Assembly: GCA_040954595.2 (NCBI GenBank)
Contig: CM082590.2
Span: forward strand, 9,760,088-9,824,087
Source of the DNA: Balanoglossus misakiensis
Lineage: Eukaryota > Animalia > Hemichordata
Reading direction: 5' to 3'
DNA: 64,000 nt
Below, in pieces: positions 1 to 15,200 of the stretch. The notes beneath the pieces were generated by a model. The model did not search any database and was not told where the DNA came from. It saw nothing but the letters and a program-made list of their open reading frames with translations. A program made the translations under genes and the position numbers. Every line of letters starts with the position of its first letter. Within the stretch, counting starts at the first letter, position 1.

Positions 1-1752
1 AGCTGTTTGTGAATTTTGAATGAGATGTAGTTTGAGATGCACTTATCTGGTGGTCAACGTGTTATTATGAGCTAAAATGAAGCAGAAACTCATTTGGAAA
101 ATCACCGTCGTCACGGGAACGGGGACAATTTTTGGCGTCTGCAAGGAAACTTGTCTGTGGGTCTGAAGAATTTGTGTTCAACTGAATCTGTCCAATTGTA
201 CAAGATGCCGACTGCTTTGTTTTGTATTATTTGAGAGAAAAATTCTCAAAACTATGTTAACTACTAGCTTGGCATTGTTTTGTTCTAAAAAAAGTTACTT
301 TGTGTAGAAAAGTTACAAAAATTCTGCGGTTTTTCGACAACAATCGAACGCGCAAACCACGATTAATGGTCGAACATTTCAGGAATTCTGTAAGCGTCGG
401 ATCCACATTAATCTACTGACACCGAGGAATGCAGACAATGGTATTTTGTCGAACGCAGCCAAAATTACAACCACTATTTGGGGGGAAATTCCACAGACAG
501 TATCACTGTACGGGGGGACATTCCTTCACCCGTCGCCTGGCTATGCCCGGACACCTTCATGAATTATTCCAGGTACCTGGTGGAAGACATTAAACTCATT
601 TATATTTCGCTTTGTTTTTTTCCGAATCAGACCACATTCCGTTTGTGTGTGGCCGCCCTTTCCTTGGAAACTGGGCACTTTGTGAGCTCGTCAGGTGTTC
701 CCTGTTGTAAAGCTGAGTTGGTTTTGTTAAATGATATTTGTTCTGTCCTTAGAAAGGGTTTCCACTCCCAGACCAATTGTTGGCTCCGCACATGTTACTT
801 TTAGTTCATGCTAGGTCACTGTTTATGGCTTGATTGCTCTACTGAAGAGTTTCAGTGTTATTGTCCTGTGTTACATCCAGCTCTGAGCAAGGATGGCTGT
901 GTTAATGGTATATATTGTCGAGTTTGTCAGGAACGACTCTGCAATCGATCCAACTACAAAGGTGATGCACCAGTTCGGAGACATGGACTTGAGATTGAGT
1001 GTCTTGAGTTTGGTGAAGGAGACAAGTCCAGTAGTCTAAGGTTTAGTCCTTTATTAAAAATCTATGTTTCAACCATATACAAGAGGTCTTCTTCTGTCTT
1101 CTATCTAACAGCATTAACAGATTTTGTCTGTCACTCCCCTCCCCCCACACACACAACTCTCCCCCCCCTAACACACATTTTGACAGCAGCAGATTTCTTG
1201 AAGCCCCTCAAATGCAAACTCACAATCCCTCCTTGCACCTGAGTTTAACAAGCCTTGACTTCAATGTTTAGTTGACCTTCTTTACTCATTACAAAATCAA
1301 AATAAACATCCTGATTATCTCCCAAATACTTTACTCAAACAAACTTGGGGTGTGAAAAACTCAGGATAAGAAGCCAATCTCTTCACACCTGTGTTATTGC
1401 AGAAGAAATAAAATTTCACTTTAAACACAATTAAATTGAATTTGCTCTCTCTTTATCAGCCAATTTTATGAAAATTCTAACATGACTAAAACTAAGTTTC
1501 AAGTAGCTAAGTTTTTTGCACTTGTCTGGCGGAAAATGTTAACATTTGGAATGCGTAAATCTTGATTGGCTGGCGAGTTCATGAATATGTATAACTTCAT
1601 TTGAATATGATAAATGACTCTCCGCTGTGTGGGGGTACAGGTACTTTGTTTCAAACATCAAACCTTGGTTCAACATACCTGCACGTTGTACTACATTATA
1701 AGAGTCTTCATGTTTACTTGAAAAAAAAATCTGTCTGTCGTTCGTTCGTGAG

Positions 1753-1785
1753 ATGAAAATGCCTGAAGCAGTGTCCTCGTTAAGA
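1753..1785 (+). CDS. MCC: Candidate short first coding exon of MCC (MKMPEAVSSLR)
   Basis: ATG at 1753, then 11 codons and a strong donor AGA|GTGAGT at 1786 in phase 0, compatible with the phase-0 acceptor at 6254. An inverted CCAAT (GATTGGC, ~1564) and a TATAAG (~1697) lie upstream. There is no homology support. Confidence 0.4.
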
Positions 1786-2692
1786 GTGAGTATACGATTT
1801 AGATTGTCTTAGTACTTTGGCGATTTTTCGGTTAATTTTTTGTCTCTGAAAATTGTCTCTCTGGACCACATGTGGACTGATCAGTTGTGTTTGTATACAA
1901 CTTCAAATTTGTTGACTGTAATTTTGAATTACGTATTTATGTCTACTTCGTGGGGTATTTCAAAAGGTGCACATTTTCCTACGTATTTTCCTGTGAATTT
2001 ATTCACTTTAAAAGCAGGGGAGACTTAATCAAACCAGTAATGACATATTTTAATTTAATTTAATTGCATTTTATTCAACAGGTGTTGTTGTACACTGACT
2101 GATCAGTGTCTATGACATCTTTCCTAAATTTCTCATGACTTTGAATTCAGTTTTTGGCCAAAAGCAAATGAAGTTGACCAAAAATAACCATATATGTCAG
2201 AAAAATACCATATTTGTTATAAAAATTAGGCTTTGAACAGTTCGATAGGTGTATTGTTAGAGATCTCTACTTTACTCTGATGTAACATTTTCCAATATGG
2301 AATCTTGGATACCCAAGAGTGCTGAGAATGGTCGGAATTTTAATTGACGGTCAGAAGGTCAAACGAAAGTCTCCCAGATGGGAACTCGGTCCCTTTCAGG
2401 AATACCGGTTGGCCTTGAGGCCTACAATCTGTATTTACTCTGCTAATTTTGAAGAACAAATAGTACAAAAAAGCTTGGACCTAATTTGTATGTTCTGTTT
2501 ATCAACTATAGTTTCGTAGTTTATTCATGGAAATTGGCCATTGTAAATAGTAACAATGCATATTATTATTATGCAAATCCTGTTAATTGGCCTAGTACTG
2601 ATAAAGAGTAGAATATAATACTAATAGATGTTTCTGAAAAGTTTTCAACAGTTAACTGCTAGGTGTGACTGCAAGTTACAGCCACTATGCCT

Positions 2693-2942
2693 CAGTCAAC
2701 TTTGGCCAATAATGGACAATTATCCACGAGAGATGGTCAGTACTTGACCAAAAGTGACCACTCTTCAGTTGGTCAAAGTGTCAATACCACTCTTGATGCA
2801 AATAATTTCAAGACGTACAGTCAACTTTGGCCAATAATGGACAATTATCCACGAGAGATGGTCAGTACTTGGCCAAAAGTGACCACTCTTCAGTTGGTCA
2901 AAGTCTCAATACCACTCTTGATACAAATAATTTCAAGACGTA
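2693..2942. repeat. Tandem duplication, 2 x 125 bp
   Basis: cagtcaactttggccaataatgg...aatttcaagacgta occurs at 2693 and again at 2818 with few mismatches. Confidence 0.9.
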
Positions 2943-5900
2943 CTATATTTAAATGAACAGAGTTAGTAAAAACTATATTTTTGTACCAGCAACTAGCCGA
3001 GAATCTGGCTGGTGAGAACATTGTGGATGATACATGCCAACTTCAGATATACCCTGCAATGAAATGATTCAACTCGAAGTCACAGGTGTGTGGTATAAAC
3101 TTGTGATGGTGTACAACCCATTCTTCTCAAGAGTAAGGTTGAACCATTTTACAGGTGAATAGGGGTGAACGGGTGGTTGGTGACAAACAGAGGAATGATT
3201 GTGCTGATAATGATTAGAGGGTCGTACTGTTCTAGTGCATCTGTTGAATTCTCACAGCCAATAATGGAGAAGTCACTGTCATTGTCAGTTGGTGGACATT
3301 ATCCAGAATTTTAAGTGTTATGGTTTTCATTGCCATTATAGTCACTGATGTCAGCCAAGGTCAAAGTCATTTAGAGACCTCTGAATAGAGGGTTGGCCGC
3401 AGCTGTTTAACTATAGTAGGCACCGCTTCAGTGTATTTGGTCGTCGTGGCGATTCATATATTCTGATAATTGGACATCCAGACGACACGGCTGGTGTTCT
3501 CAAAGGATTCGAACAGGTTCTTTGATGTTACCGGTTTCTTGTTTGAGTCGGTCTGCAGTCTGTTTTTTTCAAAGCCGTTCACCGTTTGCTTTTAAAACAT
3601 TGATTGATGATTAGGTTTGAGACTCTGATTGATTATAACCTCAGCCTTGACTTTTTCAAGCCCTCTCTACAATCTTCCTGTCAGTTTTAAAAAATTGCCC
3701 TTTCTAAAATCTTGTCAGTTTTAAAAAAATTGCAGACACAAACTTACTGTCTGCTAGGATGTGTGCGTCAACATTGGAACCGAGAAAATTCAGTTGATGA
3801 TCAGACAAAGTTTGATATCTGTAAACACACATAAAGAATTAATGCACATGTTTAACCTGATTTCACAATATTGGACCGTACAGATGCAATCATTGACATA
3901 CTAGAGTCTCTGGAACATCCTTAGTGCAATATTTCACCAATGATGGTCCCACTTGCAAACCCTCATTTTACCTAACGCGTATTCTTATTCATTTTCTGTA
4001 TACACCAACTCTGTTTAGACTTCTTCCTATTTGTCAGGAAATGTTGAACTGAAAGGGTGTTATTGAACTGTAGAGTCTGTGTACATGTTTATCCTGTTTC
4101 AAGCTTTTGTCGTGACATCCACACCTTTCTATTGTTGTGTTCTGCTGTAAAAACCGTAAACACACCTGTCTCAATATTGTGGTGTGAATTTGTTTCCAAA
4201 CATCTGAAAGAGCTTTTTCACACACTCGCCCTGCTTAATTCCCTTTAAAAATATCTCAAAATATTAAACCACTTTCCAGTCTTCCCTTAATCTGTAATCT
4301 GTCAAGTTCTTGTGTTGTCGCCAGCCAGTATTTTTCCTTCATGGTCAAATCATGGATGCGTGAACTGCACGTTTTACATTCATGGTCAACTTACAATAAA
4401 CCTGCAGGAAACTGGGGGTGGTGTTGGACAAATTTTGCATGAAAATGATCTCAAAATGCAAGAGATAGAACACAGTTACTCAATATGACCATGGAATAGA
4501 CAACCATGACAAACGGAACAGGAAAGACACTCCCAAGAGTATTGAAATTGTCGTGCGTACAGTTTGCTGTTCGAACTACCTGAGTACAGCCTGTCGGGTC
4601 TAATATTTTCTGATCAAAAATTGTTCTTTTTTGTCAAATTATTGTTTCACTTTTGACTGGGGTGATGTGGATTTTGTTCTGTGTTATATCCGTTCCAAAA
4701 TAGATTTCTCGATTGAGAGAAATTTAGGAATGTTTCTGAAATCTGTGACTTTTTAGAAGTGGTTATCACGTATGCCTCAGAGGTTATTGACCTGTGTAGC
4801 TGTCGGAAGCAACCTAGTTATTCTAACCTTTGGACGAATGAGATGAGCTTTTCTACCAAGATGGTTTTTGCGGTGTACTGTCATTTTCATAATTAACTCG
4901 AAAATGTATTACAGAAACAATTATTCTAATACCTCAAACAGTTTTTCAGGTTTGTCCAATTTGTCCCTCGAGAAAACATGTTTTTGTTGATTTCTTTGTG
5001 ATGTTTGTGGTGTCTAGTACTTGAAGGCCACAGGAAGAGAACTATTTGAAGTAATTTGTTTAAAATAACTTCTTAATACTGAATGTCAACACTAGGTTGG
5101 TGTTTGTATAAAGCTTGGATACCTCTCACATACATGCTCCCACTCGAACTTTGTTCTCAGTTCAAATAAAATGGTTTCGCTGACAGATTAGAAGGGCTTC
5201 TTTTACCACTGAGTGCATAGTGATCTAAGCATGAACGTCTCTCCTGTAAAACCTCGATCTACAGAATGACCACTGGTAGTCCTTGTAGCTCTACTGCCTT
5301 CTTGGTTCAGGAGTACTTTAACCATTTCACCACCATGGTTCAGTCCAAATCGATTGTTTTCTATGGTGAGGTTGGACTGTAAAGAGGGAATAGAGTATGA
5401 CATCTCAATCAATGTCTCAGTGCAACCTTCACCGTCTTTTAAGCCAATGACTGATCTTCAAAAAATCCACCGCTATCCATGCACCCAGAGGAATTGCACT
5501 TGAACAACACCTTTTGAAACCAAATCAATGCTTTCAGTTTCTTTAATGAGTTGTAGTGACTTCACACAGCCATGACTTTCTTCCACTGAACTACAATATA
5601 ATCATTCATCTTGCGTTTTTTCCGCTGTTCAATACCTTGACAAACTTGACTTATAATTGTCACCTTGACCACTAGTCCAAAAGTCGGTTGGCTTGAATCG
5701 GAGCGTTTTGAATATCATGGAGGGGGTTATATGTTGTCAAGAGGTGTGCAAGGTCTTGTTTTGTTGGCCTGTGACTTCGGAACAAGTGGTTGACACTGGA
5801 AGTTCTGTCGTAAAGCAACTAACACCAACTTGTATACAAGGCAACTGGTGATCTCATATAGTACAAGTTCAAGATCTCTATTGACGCTCTTAATAAAAAA

Positions 5901-6253
5901 TGACACACCCACTTATATGGTCGTGTCTGTGATTATGTGAAAGAAAGACCTCAAACCGTACCAAGAGTTGATTTCACGTGTCTTGAATATAGAGACTTTA
6001 GTTTTGTTGTGGTCACAAGATTGAAAGTTCAAGACCAGCATATATGCAGGAGTTGTGGGTACATACCCCATCCTGTTCTTTGCTGGTTGGATGATTGATA
6101 AAATAAAAAATAAAGTTTGAACTTGTATAAGGTTGAATCAGAACCATGTACATGTTAGTAGGCTAAGTTTTGTCCCTATAATAGTTGACAAATAAGATTT
6201 CTCGAAATATTAATATGCTAATCATGTTCTGCTTTCGTTCTGATTGGTTACAG

Positions 6254-9200
6254 TTACATCTGGCTGCACTGGCCTCTCTGAAAGGAGAAATTATCGAACT
6301 CACAAACAGACTTCAACATGTGACGGCAGAGAGAGACTCCTTGGAGAGAAAACTTGCAAAAACACAAGTAAGAATATTTCCTATTGGTTGGTGAGACATT
6401 TATACGCTAAATACCATGGTGATAGCCAATCATCTTTCATATTACAGAGAATAAACACCCACTGTAACAAAACACATGTATTAACATTCAATTTAGATAG
6501 AAGTTTTACTACAATACACAGCGATATATTTCTTTTATTTTTAACAGGCTGAGAGATCACGGTTGATCAGAGAAAATGAAGAAAGGCAAGAGCAACAAGC
6601 GCAGAGATACGAAGAGAGGATTATTGAGTTACACAGTGTGATTGCAGAGTTGAATAAGAAGTTGGACAGATCACAAGGAAATGTCTTCAGGTAAGAAAGC
6701 AAGGTACATCGATAGTATCTCTCGCCATCCCTCCCGCTCTCTGTCTCTCTCTGCCTCTGTCTGTCTGTCTCTGTCTCTCTCCCTCTCCCTCTCTCTCTCT
6801 ATCCCCCCTCTCTTCTCTCTCTCTGTCTCCCTCCTTCTCTCTCATGAGTAATGGAGGATGAAGTGTGTATTCTGAATTTTTTTCGTTGTTTTGCAGGGAG
6901 GAAGATGAGTATTCCCAAAGTGAGTGCACCCCTCCGAGTAACATCAGCCAAAGTGGAGGCAGTGGTAGTGCCAGTTGTCAAAATGGCAGTGAAACCCCCA
7001 TCGGTAAGTAACACATGTGCATAAGTGTTAGAGGTATACAGTCACCTATAATTTACATACGCCCATTTATGGCTGAAATGGCGTACTTGAGCGTTCTAAA
7101 GAACATATGGTGGCACTCTTTTTTTCGCATGTGCCACCCACTGAAAATCTGTGATTGGCTAGATCTCAATTTGTCATGGTAACTACAGATAATTTTCCAT
7201 AGGTGACTGTATACCTTTAAGACAGTTGTCAGCTTTTAATTCAAACTGTTATCGTCAGTTTCTCACCTTTTTTTTTAGTAAAGCTTCTCATTCTGTGATT
7301 ATTGTGCTTTTCCGTACAGAACATGCCAACGACCTCAACGCGGAGTTGTCGCGGGTGGTTGGAGAGTTGGAGCACGCCATGGATTACCGCAAAGTGGCCG
7401 GAGAATATCGGCAAAACATCATGTCTGTGGAAGAGCAAGTGGAACACATGACTTCACAGAGTGAGCACGTGCAACAGAGGGCACTTCAGGTCAGAGTTCA
7501 AAGTTCATTCAGTAGTTAAAGGGGTATTCTGTAGTAACTTAGTACGCTTGATGAAACTTTTCAGTACTGTGAAACGGGAAATTTTCGCGAACTACGCGCG
7601 AGCCAAAAATACTCGATAATAAAAATGTCTTTCAGAGGCAACGATGCAGTGAAATATGAGAACATGAAAATTAATCGTCACGTAACAGTCACCTCTTTAG
7701 AAATCGCGAAAATACAAACTCAACAATTTATAATCACTGTATTTTTATTAGTATCATGATTTGGTGGTCATCCTCGTGTTCTAAGTAGGCTTCAATGAAC
7801 GCATTGATGGGAAAAAATCGGTCAAAAGGTTAATGTAGACAACAGCCCTTGGGACAGACTCTTTGAACAACAATCAGTGCGTCACTCGATGACGTGGTTG
7901 GTCGGCGGACCTTGATGTCAATGTTGGGTTACATCAAACTGCGGACAATTATGAGGACAGGCCTTGAACCAGTGGAGGGTCGGGATTGATCCGGAGCCTT
8001 GGGCGTGATGTGTACTCATAACACGTCGCTGTGTACCTGTTCAGGTGTTTCAGTGGACAATCAAGTGTGTATACATCCATTAGTGATGGTCATTCAGTGC
8101 ACATGACGTTAACAGTCTTGGTCCACCAGACATGAATTCATACATTTTAGCTCTTTTTGTCCATTCATGCATTTATGTGAAGATTGAGTGTGTTGGCCAA
8201 TTTCTGTTTGTCTGCACCACAAGAGTGTTGTGTTTTTCAGCAATGATCAAGTTAAAAAATATATTGAAAACACATTGAACTGTACTGAAGTATGACCATC
8301 GATTATTTTCATCAGTCCAGTTAAAAATTGTTGTCTCACAAAAACACCTGTTGATGTGATCGATGAGGAAAGTCATTACAGGCTGTCTCATTCTCAGCAA
8401 ATGGCTTTTGGGGCTCAAAAACTACTGGACAAATCACTTAACAACCTGGAAAAATTGAGTCTGTGAACCGTGTTAGCTTGTAAACAAGTAGTCGGGGCTG
8501 GAGGCCGACAACCAAACTTGTGGTTCGAATAAAGACCCTTTCTCTCTGATCTCATTGTGACAACCAGATGGCTGCCTTGAGACATATATGTCTATATCTC
8601 GTCAATTGGAACATTGAACTTCACAGGCCATTAGAGAAGAATAAAACCGATTTTCAAAGCCTTAACAAAACATCGTCTATCACAATGAGAAGTTTTGAAC
8701 ACAAACCCCGCTTTCTCTTACGGTTGAGGTTTTTTTCGTGCGAGATTTGTGAGTCTGTAGACTATTGTCTGGGTTTATTTTAGACTCTGGGAGTTTGCAC
8801 GGCAGTGTTTATGTAAACACCTCGAGGGTTGGATTAGGCCCTTCAGACTACAAAATTCACACCTGTTCGACATCAAGATTTTGCTTTTGACTGGATGTTT
8901 ACCAAAACTTTCATCTCCGTTGATGTTTCTAAAACATGATAGTACTGATGTCTTCGCATTTGATGGCCTGAAAATTATTCTTCGGTGGAACTACAATAAA
9001 ATATACCCCAATTTACATTTCTAATGACAGACTAATGGTATACAGAGAAGGCATCAAATATGGCCCAAAGAATTCAGAAATGTCAAAATTCCGGGAGATT
9101 TATGCAACACCGGCAAAGTGCTGGTAGCACATTCCGATCGGTGGAAAGAACACAAGACATTCCTTGTGCTCGGTCGGTAGTTTACATTTACAGACAGGGG

Positions 9201-12200
9201 AATTATCCGGTACGAACTCTGACCGTTGCATGAAAGAAAAAAAATACTTACCGACAGTTTCATAGGTGAATTGCGTTATCCCGGAAACGGGTTCTGAAAT
9301 TCACAGCTGGCCCTCAGGGTGGAAATTCTCTCTGTTTAAAATGATGATCTGTTCTGTTAACATTAATTAACTCAGCTATTGTACAATATGTTGACATCCT
9401 CATGTTCAGAGGTCGTTCCCTGTTTGCCTGGCGGAGAACAGACAAATGTATTTAGAGATGAATACAGTTCAAATGTGACTTCTCTTACTCTGTGTACATA
9501 GCGTTTTATATTTGTCAAAGGAATTTCCAACGTCCGCCATTGAACAAAACTATATGTTTCTATAATGTTCAATGTATTTTGAGTCTTTTCTGTATTTTTT
9601 TACTGAAAATTCACCCATTTCCATCAACTTGTTTCCAATACTGATAGATATGTCAGATCTTTACTCATTTGACCATTTTTAGAAGTTGTTTGGTAACAGC
9701 AGAAGTCACACAGAGTGATCTGTTCATTCAAAAAGAATTCTGTATAATTGAGCTAAAGACTATCTATGCTTGGAATGTGTATGCTCTTTTTGTTACGTGT
9801 CCAGTGGGAGAAACATAGACTTCGTTCTGAGTGGCCACAATTTACCGTTTGTTGGTTTTGCATTGGTTCCTTACTGTTCTTTTATGAAGTGTGCAACGAC
9901 TGATGTTCATCTGATTAAACCCCTCTGATTGGACTATTATGGTCTGTCCCATTGTGGTCGGGTTTTGCTGGCCTGTTCCGACTTGTCACTCTGTGTTGGC
10001 CCCTCGTAGCCGTCGGCGCTTCAAGCACGTAATGGCGATCCTGGAATGGTCATCGCGGAGCGGGAATACTTAGCTGATATTCAGGAAAACTTGCAGCGTT
10101 GCATGTGCTTTTACTTGAACCACCTGACAAGTTTCTCATGTTAGAACATTTTCTGCGTTGGATAACTGATTGTGAAAATTCTGTATGTCGCCTACTGTCT
10201 CGTGACTGCTAAGGCATCTTCATTCGGAGCCGGAATATTTGTGGAATACAACTCTAAAAGCTAGTATTCTCAATGATGGATAATTCTACGGATGCTCACA
10301 ACTTGAAGTTAATTCTGTTCGTTCCATTGCAAACCACTATTTGCACTTGAAGTTGCTGAGACCAACTGAAGAGGTTTTATTGTTGTGTATAACTTCAGAT
10401 ATCGCTATCGATTACAAGAAATGATAACTTTGAAAGGAGCATGACTTTCTGTAAACCTGGTGTCTTCACTCGAAACAGCCACTATTGTCCTCATGTTACA
10501 AGTTCACGTCTTTTGTTTCAAAACTGGATTACCACATACATGGTGTATTATTCATGAAGATGACCAAAACTTTGCAGACTCAAGAATATGTTAAAATACC
10601 ATGGAAACATTCTCTGGAACAAACCACACATCTAGATATGTGTGTGTGCGATAGATAGAAGTGTGTGTTGCCATTTGACTTGTGACTTTGGTCAACAAAC
10701 AACGCACAAGTTCTACTTCAAAAAATGGCATTTTTTCCTGACGGGAATGCAACTAGGAGCGAAGTTCTCAAATCAAGTATTTTAAGTGCTGCGTGCTGGA
10801 CAACCCTGGCTCCTGATCTGTCCACATAAAGTCTTGTGTCAACACAACATATCTGTTAGATAACCACAATGTATCAACATTGCAACAAAGGGGCAACTCA
10901 TTGTTTCTGGTGTGCGTGTCAGTTACATGCAGATGACTCTATCAAGGTGCGTTGTACTTGGAATATTCGGTTACGATCTTGAAATCGTCACTTTTTGTCG
11001 TATGCGCAAAAATTTAGTGTGTATTATTTGAATATTTGGTCAAAGCTCCTTGCTATTTTTGCAGAAACCAGAATATTGCACTCAAAAATTATGTGAAGTT
11101 GACCAACTTTTGGCCGAGTTTATTTTTCCACGTTCTCCAAAATTGTAGTCTGTTGCTCTTGAAAGAATTGTAGTTCCAAACATGCCACAAAGATAACATT
11201 TCTTTCATCAAACTCTAGTGGTGGTTTGTGAAAAACAAATAATTGAAATGAAAACTTTGAGGGAGACAGCGGCAAGGTATTTCCGGTTCTTTTGTAAGCG
11301 CCGTATTTGATGAAAATTCTGGGGAACGGTGGTGGCTAGGTGACTAAATCACCATGGATCACCAACTTTCGGTCACGTTTTCCAAACAACAAAATTCTTA
11401 AGAGTTCTGCGACATCATAGCAAGTACTCTCTCCACTGCATGCGCAGATTTTTAAACGGACCAAAAATGAAGCGCTCCAATAATCTGGATAGGTTGTTCC
11501 ACTGGGAATAGGGTTGACAGGTCTAAAAAACACACTCCACCCAGATTTGTACGGTCCGACAAAAAGTGTCCAAATTTGTAAGGTACGACAAAAAGTGTCG
11601 GCAAAATAGACATACCAACATGGACCCCTGGGGAGTTTCCAGGTGTACTCAGCACTCAGCCAGTTTATTTTGACAGCTACAGTCAGTATTTTGCAAGTCT
11701 TTGTTGATGTTTGTTTTGTTCCCAGTCCCTCCAGACTTTTTTAAGCGACTGTTTTATTGACACACTGCATTTTTGGCACTTCTAGATACTTTAAAATTTC
11801 ACCCCCTCCCCTTTTCTTGTATATTGACCAAACCTTAGTCATGACAACCAAATTGTCTGTGAGGGGTTTGACCAGTCATCATTTACCAATTTCAACCTCG
11901 TCACGACACCTGCCCTTTGTAGAATTTCAAATCCCAAGTGACTTGATCACTGAGGAGCTATTCAGTAAAATATTTGAAATACCCAAGGAGTTCGACAACA
12001 GACAGTTCGCCCACAATGCACATTCTCATTTCTTGACACTGTTGTGGAAAAATGTTTCCTTCAAGATTCAAATTCTGTTTGCCAATGAATACAATGTTCC
12101 TTTGTGCTGTGTATTTTTCTAGTCATTTCTTAGTGCGAGAGCAGAGCATATTCACTAAGATAAACTGAAAAATTAGCTGTTCCAGTCAAGAGATGTTGAA

Positions 12201-15200
12201 CTTTTTGGCACCAGTAAAAATTTGACAAACACTAAAATTTATAAGTGGATATTGTTGAGTACTAGTATGTTCATAGGGCATTCATCTCTGACACAAAAAC
12301 AGAGTTTGAGTTTGCCCTTTGAAAGGCCATGTATCTCAAAGAGAGAAATCTATAATGAGTATATTTGATTGTTTTCCATCACAGGCTGTGCAAGAAGTGG
12401 AATCATTACAGTTTGATCTGCCGGAATCCCCGCCAGACGACAGTCCGATCGAGCAATGCTGCGGTTGCCATTGCCAACGAGAAGCTGTTCAGCAAGAAGT
12501 GATGGTTCTGCGAGAGGAGAACGATAATTTGAATTCGACGCTCTGCCAACAGGAAGACGACATCAGCAAGTTGAAGAACGGCATGATGGGAGTCAGGGAT
12601 GAGAGAGATAGGCTTCGGAGAAAGGTGGGTTGATTTTGGAAGCAAATACAGTCCAACCTGTGTTGGTGGCCACCTCTATAGAGTGGAGAACTTCTGCATT
12701 ATGGTCACCTCTATATAGTGGCCACTTTGTTACAGTCCCTGTGAACTTTACATGTGCATTAATTGACCTGTCTATAAAATATAAAGGCCAGTGAAGGTAC
12801 GTCTCTTGACTGGCCACTATGGACAAGTTTGACTGTAACTGTTTATCTTACAAAACAAGTACATGTAGTACACTGTACTTTGTCTAAGTATTTGGTGTGT
12901 AACTGTGTGTATCTTAATATATACCCTATTTTTGCCATCAAAATTTACTGTTAAATTTACTGTTTTTTTTTCCGGATTTGTAGGTTCGTGAACTACAGAG
13001 CCGAGTTCAAAGTTTAGAGTCGGTGAACACGAGTACAAAAACGAGCACCAGCAGCAGCAAACAGACGCAAGCCTCGCAGATCTTCACGGGACAAACGCAA
13101 GATATCCGATCGCCGGCAGCAACTCCGACATCGCGCTCAAACCAGATTAATCCAAGTACTGGAGAAATCAGCGCTTCAAGTAGCGACGCTCGCGGAGATT
13201 TGCCGATCGCGAAAGTTGCAGAGAGGCGGAAACTGAAACCGACGGGGTCGGAAAGTCCGAAGGCGGGAACAGAAAGGGCAGTACTAGGACAGGAACTTCT
13301 GAATGTAGGGGTAAGTGTAAGAGGCATTCTGATTGGTTCATTCAGTCTGTAATTTCAAAAAGCAGTTTCAAACAACCAATCAACAGGCAGTGTCCGTATG
13401 TTCTGTGAAAATGTAGTGTTTCTTTTTTATTGCTATGAAATTGTGTTCTTTGTACAATTCATGATGTACATGAATGATTAATTTAAAATTTACTCTTTAA
13501 CAATAATCTTTATTTCCTCAATTTCTAATTTCACAGGTGTCGAACACAAAGATTGCAGAACACTTGGTGCACACACTTCAGGATTGCTCCAATGTCCAGG
13601 AAATCTTCCAAACGCTGTATTCCCACGGATCAGCCGTCTCCGAGGGAAGAATCCGGGAATTCGAAGTTGAAATGGAGCGACTTGGAAGCAAAATTGAACA
13701 TTTGAAATCGCAAAATGATTTGTTGCAATTGACTTTGGAGGAGAGTAAGGCAAACGCTGACAGATTGACAATTTTAGTCGGAAAGTACGAGAGTAATAAC
13801 ACAGCATTACAGATGGCCGTGACTTACAGTGATCAGTGCTTGGAAACATATGATGTTCTATTAACACTTCTGGAGAGCGAACAACAGGTCATCCTTGCTA
13901 ACTGCCGGGCCGCCGGACTTGGAAATATAGGTATGTGCAGAGCCAGTGCACTGTTGGAGTGTTAGATTTTAACCTTAGCAACAAATTAGACGTTATCTCT
14001 AGGTGATCGCCCAAGTGTTTGCAACACTTGACCTTTGAACTGTGGTACCTTAGCAACAGTATGAGATGTTAGAGATGTAGACTAGGTTGAACAACCTTTG
14101 AGTTGTTACCATGGTTTATTCTAACAAAGTGATAACCAGAGTTTTGAAGTACTAGTATCAGAAATATGTTATACCATCACCAGTCCAATACAGTGCCATT
14201 TAAAAGTTGCTCAAATATTTTATTTATTTTTAATAATGACAGAAACTTTATCCTTTTAAAATCTCTACCCAAACTTTCAAACAGGCGACCAGTCAATAGT
14301 CGACGAGCAGGAAGAGGCGACGGCCATGTTGAAGCGTGTCCATGACAACCGCAAAGCTGCCGAGAACATGGCCAAGTCGTTACTGCAGCGGATGGACCGA
14401 AGTTGTGGTGCTATACTCTGCCATGTGCCAGGCTGTACCATTCAACCATGGGAGGATCTGTCTTCTCACAGTCATACAAGGTGAGGGTCAAACCATTAAT
14501 TTGGGTAGAGCACCCATTTATTATTTAACTGGTTCATTTTTAAATGTACAGCCACACTCAGAAGTTGATAATATGTTTGTGTATAGCCAACAGTTAACTC
14601 ACTTTATGGACCATTTCAAGTTCAAAACTAAAGTCATGAGATTAATTCACAAATTGGCAGCTGTATTGGGGCTTTAATTGTGTTAGACAGATCGGGATTG
14701 TTTGTTTACAATGTATTTGTTTTGAACATTGCCAGTAGAGATCAGGCATGGTAACATCACATTTTATTCTTCCACACATCTGCAGTACAACGAGTTCCAC
14801 TGCAAGTAGCTGCGACACAGAATTTACACGAGAAGATGAGCAGCGACTGAAAGACTACATCCAGCAGTTGAAGAACGACCGAGCGGCCGTTCGACTCACC
14901 ATGTTGGAACTAGAAAGTGTTCATATAGATCCTCTCAGTCACGACATGGCCACGCGAATCGACAGTCAGAGACTGGATTTAGAGAATGCTGTGCTCATGC
15001 AGGAACTCAATGCCGTCAAGGTTTGTATTAGTCGATCTCACATGCAGATTATTGGAGCACTTCATTCATCCACAACAAATTAGATCATTCTCAGAATCAA
15101 CGATGCAGCCAACCGTAGCGTAGACAGGGCATGACAGCAACTGAAGATCCTAGTAGGTCATAGCGACTGCAGTGGGGTTTGTGCTGGTATGGGAGGACAT

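Noticed and set aside
478-1242. Two adjacent ORFs of 108 and 144 aa
   Set aside because: They show no recognisable domain or coding-like composition and are probably MCC intronic or upstream sequence.
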